Origin: a bacterium
GTDB lineage: Bacteria > Zhuqueibacterota > Zhuqueibacteria > Oceanimicrobiales > Oceanimicrobiaceae
Direction of reading: 5' to 3'
Assembly (NCBI GenBank): GCA_046757165.1
Contig: JBHHXT010000002.1
Coordinates: 1 to 64,000, forward strand
Length of the DNA: 64,000 nt
The position numbers and the translations under genes are program-made. How positions within the stretch are numbered: the stretch's first letter is position 1; the number at the start of each line of letters is the position of its first letter. Below, piece after piece: positions 1-8,265 of this stretch. A model generated the notes under the pieces. It searched no databases. It was not told where the DNA came from and was given only the letters and a program-made list of their open reading frames with translations.

Positions 1-411
1 ACTATTACAACCACCCTAGTCAAGCGTCTAGGAGGACATATGTCCTTATTTGAGGTAGCACAGGTTCTTGTGGAGCGCGACTCCTTTCTGATTCGAGTGG
101 CATGAGGCGTCGGCGCATTGGAAGAACCACTTTTCTCTTGCGGTCGGTAACAGAGTTATTTATCTTTTGATATCAGATTGTTCCCACTGTACCACAGCAT
201 GACATCCAGCGGATCACGATCTCCAAAAGAGGTAGTGTCAAAAGTAATGAAAAAAGGGAGGCTTTGCTGAAAGAAGTAGCTTTAGAGTTAATGGCCGAGA
301 CATGGGAATGCGTTTGTAAGGCATGGTATTACCGGTAGCACATGAGGGAAAGAGCGAGATGCTTCAGACGCTGAAAGCGTCACACAACACAGCTTTTTCC
401 ACAGAACGCTG

Positions 412-567
412 ATGGCTGAGCAAATCATTAAGCGGATCTTGTTCGTCTTTTGTGGTCTCACCACGATTTATGTCTTGTTGTCGCGCTGGCTAATTGACAG
501 ATACGTGTTGCCGGATATCACAAATGCCAACAGGGCTGATAGTGACCATGACGAAAGTATTGGATAA
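412..567 (+). CDS. putative 51-aa single-pass membrane protein (below ORF-track cut-off)
   Basis: ATG 412 to TAA 567 reads MAEQIIKRILFVFCGLTTIYVLLSRWLIDRYVLPDITNANRADSDHDESIG, with one hydrophobic stretch. It overlaps the start of the next gene by 20 nt. Confidence 0.35.
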   Translation: MAEQIIKRILFVFCGLTTIYVLLSRWLIDRYVLPDITNANRADSDHDESIG

Positions 568-1591
568 GGTCACCCTATGGCGGCCGCCCAAATCCCTGCT
601 TTTGCGTGCTCATGAAAGGAATGTGACGGCACTCACAATCGAGGATAAGTTAATCATCATCGACCCGGGCGTTGCGTTTTGGCAACGCGATTTGCTCCGG
701 CACTTCCCCGGAATCGATGAAATCTGGCTGACGCATGCGCATCCGGACCATTGTGCGACCGTCTGCAACCTGCAATCGCAGGCTGGGTGCAAGCTTTTTT
801 GTTCCGGGCATGAAAAGTACGTCGTCCAAAATCCTGCGAGCTTCTTGAGGCAAGAATACAAAGCAGCCGGTTCGTTCAAGGACGAGATTTTTCCGCGCTG
901 TCTGCAACCTTTGGCTTCGGTGATTCAACATGCCATCTACGGCAATTGGCCGCCTGCAAAGGTGGATGCGACCTTCGAAACGCTGGGCATGAACCGGTAC
1001 GGCGTTCAAGTGCTCAAATTGCCGGGGCACACCGAAGGAGCTGTCGGCTTTTGCCTCTCCGACGGGGACCTCAGAATCTTGCTGATCGGTGACCTGATGC
1101 AAACGCGGGCCGGCAGCGAAGCTGTTTTGGCCATCAACCTGCCGCGCTCCAATCTCGACCAGGCCATGTCCTCGCTCAAAACCATCAAGTCCATGCGACC
1201 GGACATTCTGGTTCCGGCCCACGGAGAATTCCTGCGAGGCGCCGACGCCATCGCTGCGGCTATCGAAAAAGTCATGGAGAACTATCAGGCTTACGGTGAC
1301 AGGATTCTGCAGTTTATCGAAACCAGGCAGGAAATCCCGTCTTTGGCTCAAATCGCCAAAAGCGTGGTTTTTCCCTGGCCACCAAACTACACCGCGGCTT
1401 TTACGCAAAGAAGAGCGCTTGTACTTGCCGTGCTGAAATCTCTTTGCCGCCAGGGCAGAGTCTCCCCTGGCGTAAAGGGTTTGGAAAGAGTCAACACGGT
1501 ACTCGGGCAAAATGAATCGATCGCCACCGAAGGACGACGAAAGCACCGAGAGGCACCGAAATCTTTCTTTGTTTCTTACGGCCTTCGGTGA
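548..1591 (+). CDS. MBL-fold metallo-hydrolase
   Basis: THAHPDH (HxHxDH), PGHT, IGD and PAHG motifs. Start taken at ATG 548 (ORF open from 494). The last ~20 codons run through a repeat element. Confidence 0.85.
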   Translation: MTKVLDKVTLWRPPKSLLLRAHERNVTALTIEDKLIIIDPGVAFWQRDLLRHFPGIDEIWLTHAHPDHCATVCNLQSQAGCKLFCSGHEKYVVQNPASFLRQEYKAAGSFKDEIFPRCLQPLASVIQHAIYGNWPPAKVDATFETLGMNRYGVQVLKLPGHTEGAVGFCLSDGDLRILLIGDLMQTRAGSEAVLAINLPRSNLDQAMSSLKTIKSMRPDILVPAHGEFLRGADAIAAAIEKVMENYQAYGDRILQFIETRQEIPSLAQIAKSVVFPWPPNYTAAFTQRRALVLAVLKSLCRQGRVSPGVKGLERVNTVLGQNESIATEGRRKHREAPKSFFVSYGLR

Positions 1592-1620
1592 AACTCGGTG
1601 GTTTCGGTGAATTTCTGTGG
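1524..1620. repeat. inverted array of CACCGA / TCGGTG units (about 9-10 nt period)
   Basis: CACCGA at 1525, 1544 and 1554; TCGGTG three times at 1585-1609, followed by TCTGTGG. Forms a long imperfect hairpin. Confidence 0.75.
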
Positions 1621-1653
1621 GTTCAAATATTTTTGGGTAACCTCGACGAACGG

Positions 1654-2490
1654 ATGGACGATGTGAACGACATTCTGGAGATGTACGACAAAGGCGTGGA
1701 TAAGGAAGATATGCGCCTCGAACGCCACCAGATCGAGCGCGACGTCACTTTGCGCTTTTTCGAGGACTACCTTCCCGCTGACGCCAGGGTGTTGGAAATC
1801 GGCGCGGCAACCGGCATCTATACCGCATGTCTCGCCAAAAGAGGCCATACGGTCACCGCGGTTGATTTCTCGGAAAGCCTGCTCGAGAAATGCAAACAAC
1901 GATTGACATCTGCCGCGCTTCTGGACAAAGTCCGCTTCCTTGTCGCCGACGCCCGGGATCTTTCCGGGATCCCAAAGGACGCTTTCGACGTTGTCTTGCT
2001 CATGGGGCCGCTGTATCACCTGATTTCCCGGGAAGACAGGGTGCGTGCCCTGCGGGAAGCGTACGAGCGCCTGAAGCCGGGCGGTTTGATTTTCTCCGCG
2101 CTCATCAGCCGGTACGGCATTCTCGGCCAGCTCCTCGTCAGCCACCCTGAGTGGATCGAAAACCAGGAAGATGTTCGGTCTGTTATGACTCTGGGCAAAA
2201 ACCACGAGAATGCGCCCAAAGGCGGCTTTCGCGGCTACTACTGCACCGTAGCTGAGGTGACGCCGCTGCACGAATCCGCCGGTTTCGAAAAAATCGTTTT
2301 GGCGGGTGTCGAGCCGGCGATTTCGGCCCATGACGAAAGTTACAATCGCTTGCATGGGAAACAACGCCAACTCTGGCTCGACCTATTATATGAAGTCAGC
2401 ACAGAGGCCTCGATCATCGCCTCGTCGCGACATTTACTCTTCATCGGCAAAAAGACGGCAAAACAGGAAAGGGGCGTGGAGAACAAATGA
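1654..2490 (+). CDS. class I SAM-dependent methyltransferase
   Basis: VLEIGAATG motif I, VDFS, DARDLS and FDVVLLMGPLYHL. ATG 1654 is the likely start. Confidence 0.9.
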   Translation: MDDVNDILEMYDKGVDKEDMRLERHQIERDVTLRFFEDYLPADARVLEIGAATGIYTACLAKRGHTVTAVDFSESLLEKCKQRLTSAALLDKVRFLVADARDLSGIPKDAFDVVLLMGPLYHLISREDRVRALREAYERLKPGGLIFSALISRYGILGQLLVSHPEWIENQEDVRSVMTLGKNHENAPKGGFRGYYCTVAEVTPLHESAGFEKIVLAGVEPAISAHDESYNRLHGKQRQLWLDLLYEVSTEASIIASSRHLLFIGKKTAKQERGVENK

Positions 2491-3248
2491 AAGAACCGTA
2501 TTATCGAGATGGCAAACATTACGACAACCAGCATGCGCATTTGACTGCGGACATCGCATTCTATGTCGAGCAAGCACAGCAATTCGGGCAACCGGTTTTG
2601 GAGCTGGCTTGCGGAACGGGCAGAATTACGATTCCAATCGCACGGCAGGGTCTTGAAATCTCCGGCATCGATCTGTCGGAAACCATGCTGGCGCGAGCAA
2701 AGGATAAGACGGGAGAAGCATACCCCGTCACCTGGCACCACGGAGACATGCGCACATTCGATCTCGGGCGAAAATTCAATCTGATCTTTCTGCCCTTCAA
2801 CTCCGTCGCGCATCTATATGACCTGCAGAGTATCCAGGCTTGCTTTGCATCGGTCAGAAATCACCTGGCTGATAACGGTCGATTCATTTTGGATTTTTTC
2901 AACCCGGATCTGACGATTCTCACACGAGTCGATGAAGCACCCCGCCTGGTTTCCAAATATCCCGATCCGGATTCGGGGAATACGGTCGTCATCACAGAAA
3001 CCCATCGTTATGACAAGGCGACCCAAATCAACCATATTATCTGGCGTCGCACAATTGGCGACAAAACCCTTACCGAAGAGCTCAACATGCGCATTTTCTA
3101 CCCGCAGGAATTAGAGGCGTTGCTGCTTTATAATGGCCTTATCATCGAAGACAAGTATGGCGACTTCGACAAATCGCCGTTTACATCTGCGTCTCCAAAG
3201 CAGATTTGCGTTTGTCGACGAACCAGACCCCGAGAGGCGCACTCATGA
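2487..3248 (+). CDS. class I SAM-dependent methyltransferase
   Basis: VLELACGTGR, GIDLSETML and GDMRTF. ATGA overlap with the upstream gene. Confidence 0.92.
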   Translation: MKEPYYRDGKHYDNQHAHLTADIAFYVEQAQQFGQPVLELACGTGRITIPIARQGLEISGIDLSETMLARAKDKTGEAYPVTWHHGDMRTFDLGRKFNLIFLPFNSVAHLYDLQSIQACFASVRNHLADNGRFILDFFNPDLTILTRVDEAPRLVSKYPDPDSGNTVVITETHRYDKATQINHIIWRRTIGDKTLTEELNMRIFYPQELEALLLYNGLIIEDKYGDFDKSPFTSASPKQICVCRRTRPREAHS

Positions 3249-4144
3249 CTTCTCATTACAAACACCTGCTCGATCAAATCGCCGTCAATGGAGAGAATAC
3301 GGCAAAGTGGAGCGCAGCCGCGAAGGAATATTTTCAGACATTCATTCATGCCGAACCCATCCTGAAACATTTTTCTGATAACATCACAATCGTTCTGCAC
3401 GGCTCGACGACACAAAATATCGATGATGCGCACTCTGATCTGGATTTCTGGCTGGTGCTCGATGACCCCGAGTCCCAAAAATATAGATCGATCAGTGAAC
3501 AGAATTTCATTCCGGTTGAAATCAACAGCAAAAAAGGCCACCTCAATCCCTTGCGTATCAGCCACCTCGATAGATGCTTCGACAACGAAATCGACATGGT
3601 CCTGATCAACGAACTCATCTCATCCATCGTGATTGTTGACAAAAAGAATGCCTTTCAGAAATATCAAAAACTCGCAGCACAGCCCCTGAACGATTCGGTG
3701 AGACACGCGTATTTCTTCAATAATTACGTCGAGATGCGCGCCTCTCACCGCAGTTGCGACAACCCGATGGAAAGGGGTGACCGGTTTGCCGTATTGTTCA
3801 GCGCCATGCAGACCATCCGGTACGCACTCCGGGCGGCGTTTGTTTTGGATCGAGTTCCTTATCCGTATGAGAAGTGGCTCTGTGTACAAGCCAACTTTCA
3901 CGAAACGCCAAAGTCCTTGCTCGAAAATGTGGACAAGATCATCACCGAAATGCAAACCAACCCGGCTGCCCTGCTCGGCCCGGAGAAGGAGAACAGGATA
4001 AGCCAGGAGTTGAGAGCCATCAGGGCGAAGCTCAGTGCGAAGGCGAAGCAGTCCGGCATCGATGCGCTTTGGCTGGAGAAATGGTGGCGCTATGTCGACA
4101 GGTCGAGGGAGATCATTGCGGAGGTCAGGTGGGCTGACGGGTGA
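3245..4144 (+). CDS. Pol-beta-type nucleotidyltransferase domain protein (DUF4037-like C-terminus)
   Basis: LHGS-x9-SDLD signature and a C-terminal PYPYEKWL. ATGA-coupled start at 3245. Confidence 0.7.
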   Translation: MTSHYKHLLDQIAVNGENTAKWSAAAKEYFQTFIHAEPILKHFSDNITIVLHGSTTQNIDDAHSDLDFWLVLDDPESQKYRSISEQNFIPVEINSKKGHLNPLRISHLDRCFDNEIDMVLINELISSIVIVDKKNAFQKYQKLAAQPLNDSVRHAYFFNNYVEMRASHRSCDNPMERGDRFAVLFSAMQTIRYALRAAFVLDRVPYPYEKWLCVQANFHETPKSLLENVDKIITEMQTNPAALLGPEKENRISQELRAIRAKLSAKAKQSGIDALWLEKWWRYVDRSREIIAEVRWADG

Positions 4145-4647
4145 AAAAGCAACAAGAGCAAGTCCGCACAATTACAGGACATGACATCACATTAAGAGAA
4201 ATGGCCGAAAATGACATACCTCGAGTCAGTGAGGTTCTTTGTACGTGTTATCGTTGGCTGGCAGAGCGAGAGGGATTTTCTCATGAGGAGCTTAAGAGTC
4301 TCATCAAAATGCGAGGTTCAGTAGAAACGGTACGTAAAGAATCAACGTATGAGCTCTATCTCGTCGCGTGCAAAGATCAAACGATTGCGGGAATGGTGTC
4401 GGTGAAAGAAAACGAGATCACCAAACTCTATGTCGATCCGGCGCATTTTCGGCAAGGTGTTGGGGGGACACTATTCCGCGCCGCAGAACGAAATATCATC
4501 GAAAACAAATATTCGGAGATAAGGCTGGTTGCCATCGGTGAAACGCCGATTCCTTTTTACGAAGCGATGGGAATGTCCGTCGTCGGCTACAAACGGGGGC
4601 ATTCCGGTCGAAAAGTGGCGATCATGAAAAAACTGTTCAAGGGATGA
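4141..4647 (+). CDS. GNAT family N-acetyltransferase
   Basis: LYVDPAHFRQGVG acetyl-CoA motif A and FYEAMG motif B. GTGA overlap with the upstream gene. Confidence 0.9.
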   Translation: MKKQQEQVRTITGHDITLREMAENDIPRVSEVLCTCYRWLAEREGFSHEELKSLIKMRGSVETVRKESTYELYLVACKDQTIAGMVSVKENEITKLYVDPAHFRQGVGGTLFRAAERNIIENKYSEIRLVAIGETPIPFYEAMGMSVVGYKRGHSGRKVAIMKKLFKG

Positions 4648-4720
4648 ATGTCAAATGATGTCGTGACATCTAACTTTTGGCGCAACGCCAAGGACCTCCG
4701 CCTTAAGGGAAACGCAAAAA

Positions 4721-5488
4721 ATGGCTCAATACCTGGACTACGCAGAGTATTATGACCTCGACCACAACACGCAGGTCGATGTCGAATTCTATCTCGATTA
4801 TGCCCGGCAGTGCGGCTCGCCCATTCTGGAGCTGGCGTGCGGGACAGGGCGATTGACGATTCCGCTGGCAGAGGCCGGGCATGAAATCTACGGCGTGGAT
4901 TTCTCCGAGAACATGCTGGCGCTCTGCCGGGGTAAGATCGAAGGGAACAACCTGGTCGAGCGCATTCATCTGTTTTGCGACAACATGACCCGCTTTGACT
5001 TGCCGCGAAAGGACTTCACCCTAGTTTTTATCCCCGTACGCTCGTTCATGCACCTGTTTACCCAGTCAGACCAGCTTGCCTGTTTACGGCGAGCATTCGA
5101 GCACCTCCGGCCAGGCGGCCTTTTCATCGTCGACGTCTATGCTCCCGCGTTCTCCGTATTGGCGCAAGAGCCGGATGGATCGTTTCGAAAAAGAGGCGCT
5201 TTCGAACTGCCCAATGGCCACTCCGTTATACGCAAGGATCGCTTTGTGAAGAATGATCCTGTCAAACAAATCCAGCATGTCGAAATCCGGTTCGAAGAAA
5301 CCGATGGGACCGGCGCGCTGGTGCGAGAACGAATCGTGCCGATGGACACGCGCTACACCTTTCGCTACGAGCTGCAACTGCTGCTCGAGCGCGTTGGTTT
5401 CGAGCTTGTCGATGTTTTTGGAGATTATGACAAGAGTACGTATGACGGAAGTGGGGAAATCATCATGGTGGCACGGCGACCTTTATAG
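4721..5488 (+). CDS. class I SAM-dependent methyltransferase (paralogue of 2487..3248)
   Basis: ILELACGTGR and GVDFSENML; similar overall layout to the 2487 protein. Confidence 0.92.
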   Translation: MAQYLDYAEYYDLDHNTQVDVEFYLDYARQCGSPILELACGTGRLTIPLAEAGHEIYGVDFSENMLALCRGKIEGNNLVERIHLFCDNMTRFDLPRKDFTLVFIPVRSFMHLFTQSDQLACLRRAFEHLRPGGLFIVDVYAPAFSVLAQEPDGSFRKRGAFELPNGHSVIRKDRFVKNDPVKQIQHVEIRFEETDGTGALVRERIVPMDTRYTFRYELQLLLERVGFELVDVFGDYDKSTYDGSGEIIMVARRPL

Positions 5489-5531
5489 TATTACAAATGA
5501 AAGTTTGCATTTTATTGCAAAGAAATCTCAG

Positions 5532-5681
5532 ACGGATTTAACGGATCGGAACGGATTGGACTCAATCATTATTCACGCAAAGTGTCGAAGTCAGTGGAAT
5601 GGGGATCGTATCGCTCATGATTTTTTGGCTTTCAACCAAAATCAGATCCGTGTAAATCCTTTCTATCCGTTAAATCCGCGT
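5532..5681. repeat. inverted array of ACGGAT / ATCCGT units (about 9-nt period)
   Basis: Perfect 14-bp inverted repeat CGGATTTAACGGAT 5533-5546 / ATCCGTTAAATCCG 5665-5678, with 3-4 units per arm. Confidence 0.8.
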
Positions 5682-5737
5682 TCCATTCACTTGCAGCTTT
5701 GCTGCATTGGAGATTAAGGCGCAAAGAGAGGTACCGA

Positions 5738-5893
5738 ATGGCAGAACAAAGTAATTTCAAATGTCTCAGATGCGGGCACGACTACGTGGCCGAGTACACG
5801 CCGAAAGTTGTCGAAGAGAGAACCTGCCCAAAATGTGGCAGCAACAGTGTCAGGCGAGTGAAACATCGGCCCGCCACCGGTGAGACCGGTTAG
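5738..5893 (+). CDS. small zinc-ribbon protein (FmdB/rubredoxin-like)
   Basis: CLRC...CPKC, with a GAGAGG Shine-Dalgarno before ATG 5738. Confidence 0.75.
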   Translation: MAEQSNFKCLRCGHDYVAEYTPKVVEERTCPKCGSNSVRRVKHRPATGETG

Positions 5894-5912
5894 TCAGAAG
5901 ACATCGATAAAC

Positions 5913-6290
5913 ATGTACGAACTTCTGGACACGTTCTTTTTCCTTTTTCACACCAGCGTCATCTTGTTCAACTTGTTTGGCTGGCTGTGGCGGAAAACGC
6001 GCAAAGCAAACCTGATTCTGCTTTCTCTGACTGCGCTTTCCTGGTTCGGCCTGGGAATATGGTACGGTATCGGATACTGCCCGTGCACAGACTGGCACTG
6101 GCAGGTGCGGAGAAAGCTTGGCTTGCAGGACATGCCGAATTCATACATAAAGTTCCTGGTTGACAATGCCACCGGACTCGATGTGGATGCAGAGCTGGTG
6201 GATGTTCTCACCGCCAGCTTGTTCTTTTGCGCCGTGCTGGCCTCGGTCCATGCCAATTTGAGGGATTGGAAAAGATCGCGGCAGCGATAA
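5913..6290 (+). CDS. DUF2784-like membrane protein
   Basis: FHTSVILFNLFGW...GYCPCTDWHW...SYIKFL and three hydrophobic segments. Confidence 0.7.
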   Translation: MYELLDTFFFLFHTSVILFNLFGWLWRKTRKANLILLSLTALSWFGLGIWYGIGYCPCTDWHWQVRRKLGLQDMPNSYIKFLVDNATGLDVDAELVDVLTASLFFCAVLASVHANLRDWKRSRQR

Positions 6291-6300
6291 GGTGAAGCGC

Positions 6301-7335
6301 TCATCGCTCCACCCTTCCGGAGCCAGACCCTTGCATCAGCTTCTTCACCTCTTCAACACCGACATGGTTGAAATCGCCGGGGATGGTTTGTTTCAGGCAG
6401 GAGGCGGCAACCGCGAATTCGACGGCGTCCCGGGTGTTCATTTCTGTGATCAGGCCATAGATGAGTCCGCCGGCGAAAGCATCGCCGCCGCCGACCCGGT
6501 CGACGATTTGAATGTCGTATCGCTTGGTGCGATAGGGCTGGCTGCAATCTTTCTCATCCACCAGGAGCGCACTCCAGCCATTCCGGGAGGCGGAATAGCT
6601 CTCACGCAGTGTGATCGCAACCGCGTCAAACGCATACTCTTTCTTCAATTGCTCGGCGAGCCGAAAGTAGGCGTTCTCATCCAACTGCGCTGATTCGACA
6701 TCCGAGGTCGCTGTTTTGTGTCCCAGACTCTTTTCAGCATCCTCTTCGTTCGCGATGCAGACGTTGACGTCCTCCATCAACGGTTGCATAAAGGCTTGCG
6801 CCTCACGCTCTGTCCAGAGCTTCTTTCTGAAATTCAGATCGCAGCTCACGGTGACACCGGCGGCCTGGGCAGCCCGACAGGCGGCGGCGACGCACTCGCG
6901 CGAACGCTCGCCCAGAGCCGGCGTGATCCCGGTCCAGTGGAACCACATGGCGCCTTCGAACACCCGCGCCCAGTCGACCTCATCTTTGCGCATTTGACTC
7001 ACTGCCGAGGCAGCGCGGTCATAAATGACTTTTGAGGGCCGCTGGCTGGCGCCGGTTTCCAGAAAATAGATGCCGATGCGCTCGCCACCGCGCACGATGC
7101 ATTCATCTCTGACGCCAAACCGGCGCAGGTGGTTGACGGCGGCCTGGCCAATTTCGTGCGGCGGAAGTTTGGTGACAAAGAAACTGTCCAGCCCGTAATT
7201 GGCTAAAGAGACCGCCACGTTGGCCTCCCCTCCACCGTAGGTTGCCTGGTAGCTCCGGGCCTGCACAAACCGGCTGTATTCGGGTGTGGACAGCCGCAGC
7301 ATGATTTCCCCGAAGGTGACGACTTTTTTGCTCAT
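6301..7335 (-). CDS. kdgK: 2-dehydro-3-deoxygluconokinase (PfkB family)
   Basis: FGEIMLRL, GGGEANVA and DRVGGGDAF; adjacent to eda and uxaB. Confidence 0.92.
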   Translation of the reverse strand: MSKKVVTFGEIMLRLSTPEYSRFVQARSYQATYGGGEANVAVSLANYGLDSFFVTKLPPHEIGQAAVNHLRRFGVRDECIVRGGERIGIYFLETGASQRPSKVIYDRAASAVSQMRKDEVDWARVFEGAMWFHWTGITPALGERSRECVAAACRAAQAAGVTVSCDLNFRKKLWTEREAQAFMQPLMEDVNVCIANEEDAEKSLGHKTATSDVESAQLDENAYFRLAEQLKKEYAFDAVAITLRESYSASRNGWSALLVDEKDCSQPYRTKRYDIQIVDRVGGGDAFAGGLIYGLITEMNTRDAVEFAVAASCLKQTIPGDFNHVGVEEVKKLMQGSGSGRVER

Positions 7336-7366
7336 GTGACCCTCCCGTGGGCAAGACGTAACGACT

Positions 7367-7538
7367 CAGATGTTTAGACTGTAGGCTATTAGGCTGTTAG
7401 GTTTTGCGCAATGCTCTCATCAACGCGCCTAAAACCTTTTCTTGCTTGATAGATGTTCAATGCCAATTCGTCTGCTAACTCAAAATATCGAGGTTTCGTA
7501 TGATTTCTCATCGATTCTTCCTACAGCCTATCTACCTG
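7367..7538 (-). mobile_element. TAGGCTG/CAGCCTA-repeat element carrying a deleted four-helix-bundle gene
   Basis: Imperfect terminal inverted repeats (CAGGTAGATAGGCTG ... CAGTCTAAACATCTG on the minus strand). Its ends match the element at 8198-8265. Confidence 0.65.
7389..7511 (-). pseudogene. internally deleted four-helix-bundle (23S rRNA IVP / bAvd-like) gene
   Basis: Frame 1 reads MRNHTKPRYFELADELALNIYQARKGF, like the family N-terminus. A shifted frame reads EKVLGALMRALRKT-stop, like the family C-terminus. The middle is missing. Confidence 0.7.
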
Positions 7539-8177
7539 CATAGTTACGGCAAGGCTCTGTTTCAAAATTCTGGCATTCTCGGTCAGGACTTCAAACCGTT
7601 CCTCTGCGATGGCCTTTTTGTCGAGCAGTGCGCTGCCGACGCCGACGGCGCACGCGCCGGCCTTGATCCACTCCCCCGCGTTCGTGAGCGAGACACCACC
7701 CGTGGGCATGAGCTTGAGGTGCGGCATGGGCGCTTTCACGGCCTTGAAGAATGCCATGCCAACGACATCTGCCGGAAAGACCTTCACGATGTCGGCACCA
7801 GACTCGTGCGCGGCGAGAATCTCAGTCGGGGTAAAGGCGCCGGGCATGGCCGGAATATCGTAGCTGTGCGCCGTTTTGATGATCTCTGGCTTGAAAACGG
7901 GACTGACGACATATTGCGCCCCGGCCTCGATGGCCCGGCGTGCGGTCTCCGCGTCCAGAACAGAGCCCACCCCCACCTGAATGGTGTCGCCCATGGAGCG
8001 GGCGATTTCCTCGATGACCATCAGAGCGTTCGGTGTGGTCATGGTGATTTCAATGGCTGAAATGCCGCCCTTGTGAATCGCCTGCGCGACTTTGCGCAGC
8101 TTGCTGGAATCACTCATTCGGATGACAGCGATGGCGCCCCCTTCGATCAATGTCTGAACCATTTCATCTCTTGGCAC
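7521..8177 (-). CDS. eda: KDPG/KHG aldolase
   Basis: IEITMTTP, GVGSVLD, TPTEI, VKVFPA and MPTGGV. GTG start at 8177 after a GAGGAG Shine-Dalgarno. Confidence 0.95.
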   Translation of the reverse strand: MPRDEMVQTLIEGGAIAVIRMSDSSKLRKVAQAIHKGGISAIEITMTTPNALMVIEEIARSMGDTIQVGVGSVLDAETARRAIEAGAQYVVSPVFKPEIIKTAHSYDIPAMPGAFTPTEILAAHESGADIVKVFPADVVGMAFFKAVKAPMPHLKLMPTGGVSLTNAGEWIKAGACAVGVGSALLDKKAIAEERFEVLTENARILKQSLAVTMQVDRL

Positions 8178-8197
8178 GGTCTTTCTCCTCAATAAAC

Positions 8198-8265
8198 CAG
8201 GTGTTTAGGCTGTAAGGTTTTGCGCGATTCTTCCTACAGCCTAAAAGCCTACAGCCTATCTACCT
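8198..8265 (-). repeat. empty copy of the TAGGCTG/CAGCCTA element
   Basis: Minus strand reads AGGTAGATAGGCTGTAGGCTTTTAGGCTGTAGGAAGAATCG-CGCAAAACCTTACAGCCTAAACACCTG. Both ends match 7367-7538 but there is no cargo. Confidence 0.8.

Noticed and set aside
40..105. 21-aa ORF with AGGAGG Shine-Dalgarno at the window start
   Set aside because: Too short, no motif, and upstream context is missing, so it cannot be supported.
494..6290. Integron cassette array explanation for the accessory genes
   Set aside because: The genes overlap by ATGA/GTGA, leaving no room for attC sites. ATCTAAC near 4668 has no matching hairpin and no integrase is present.
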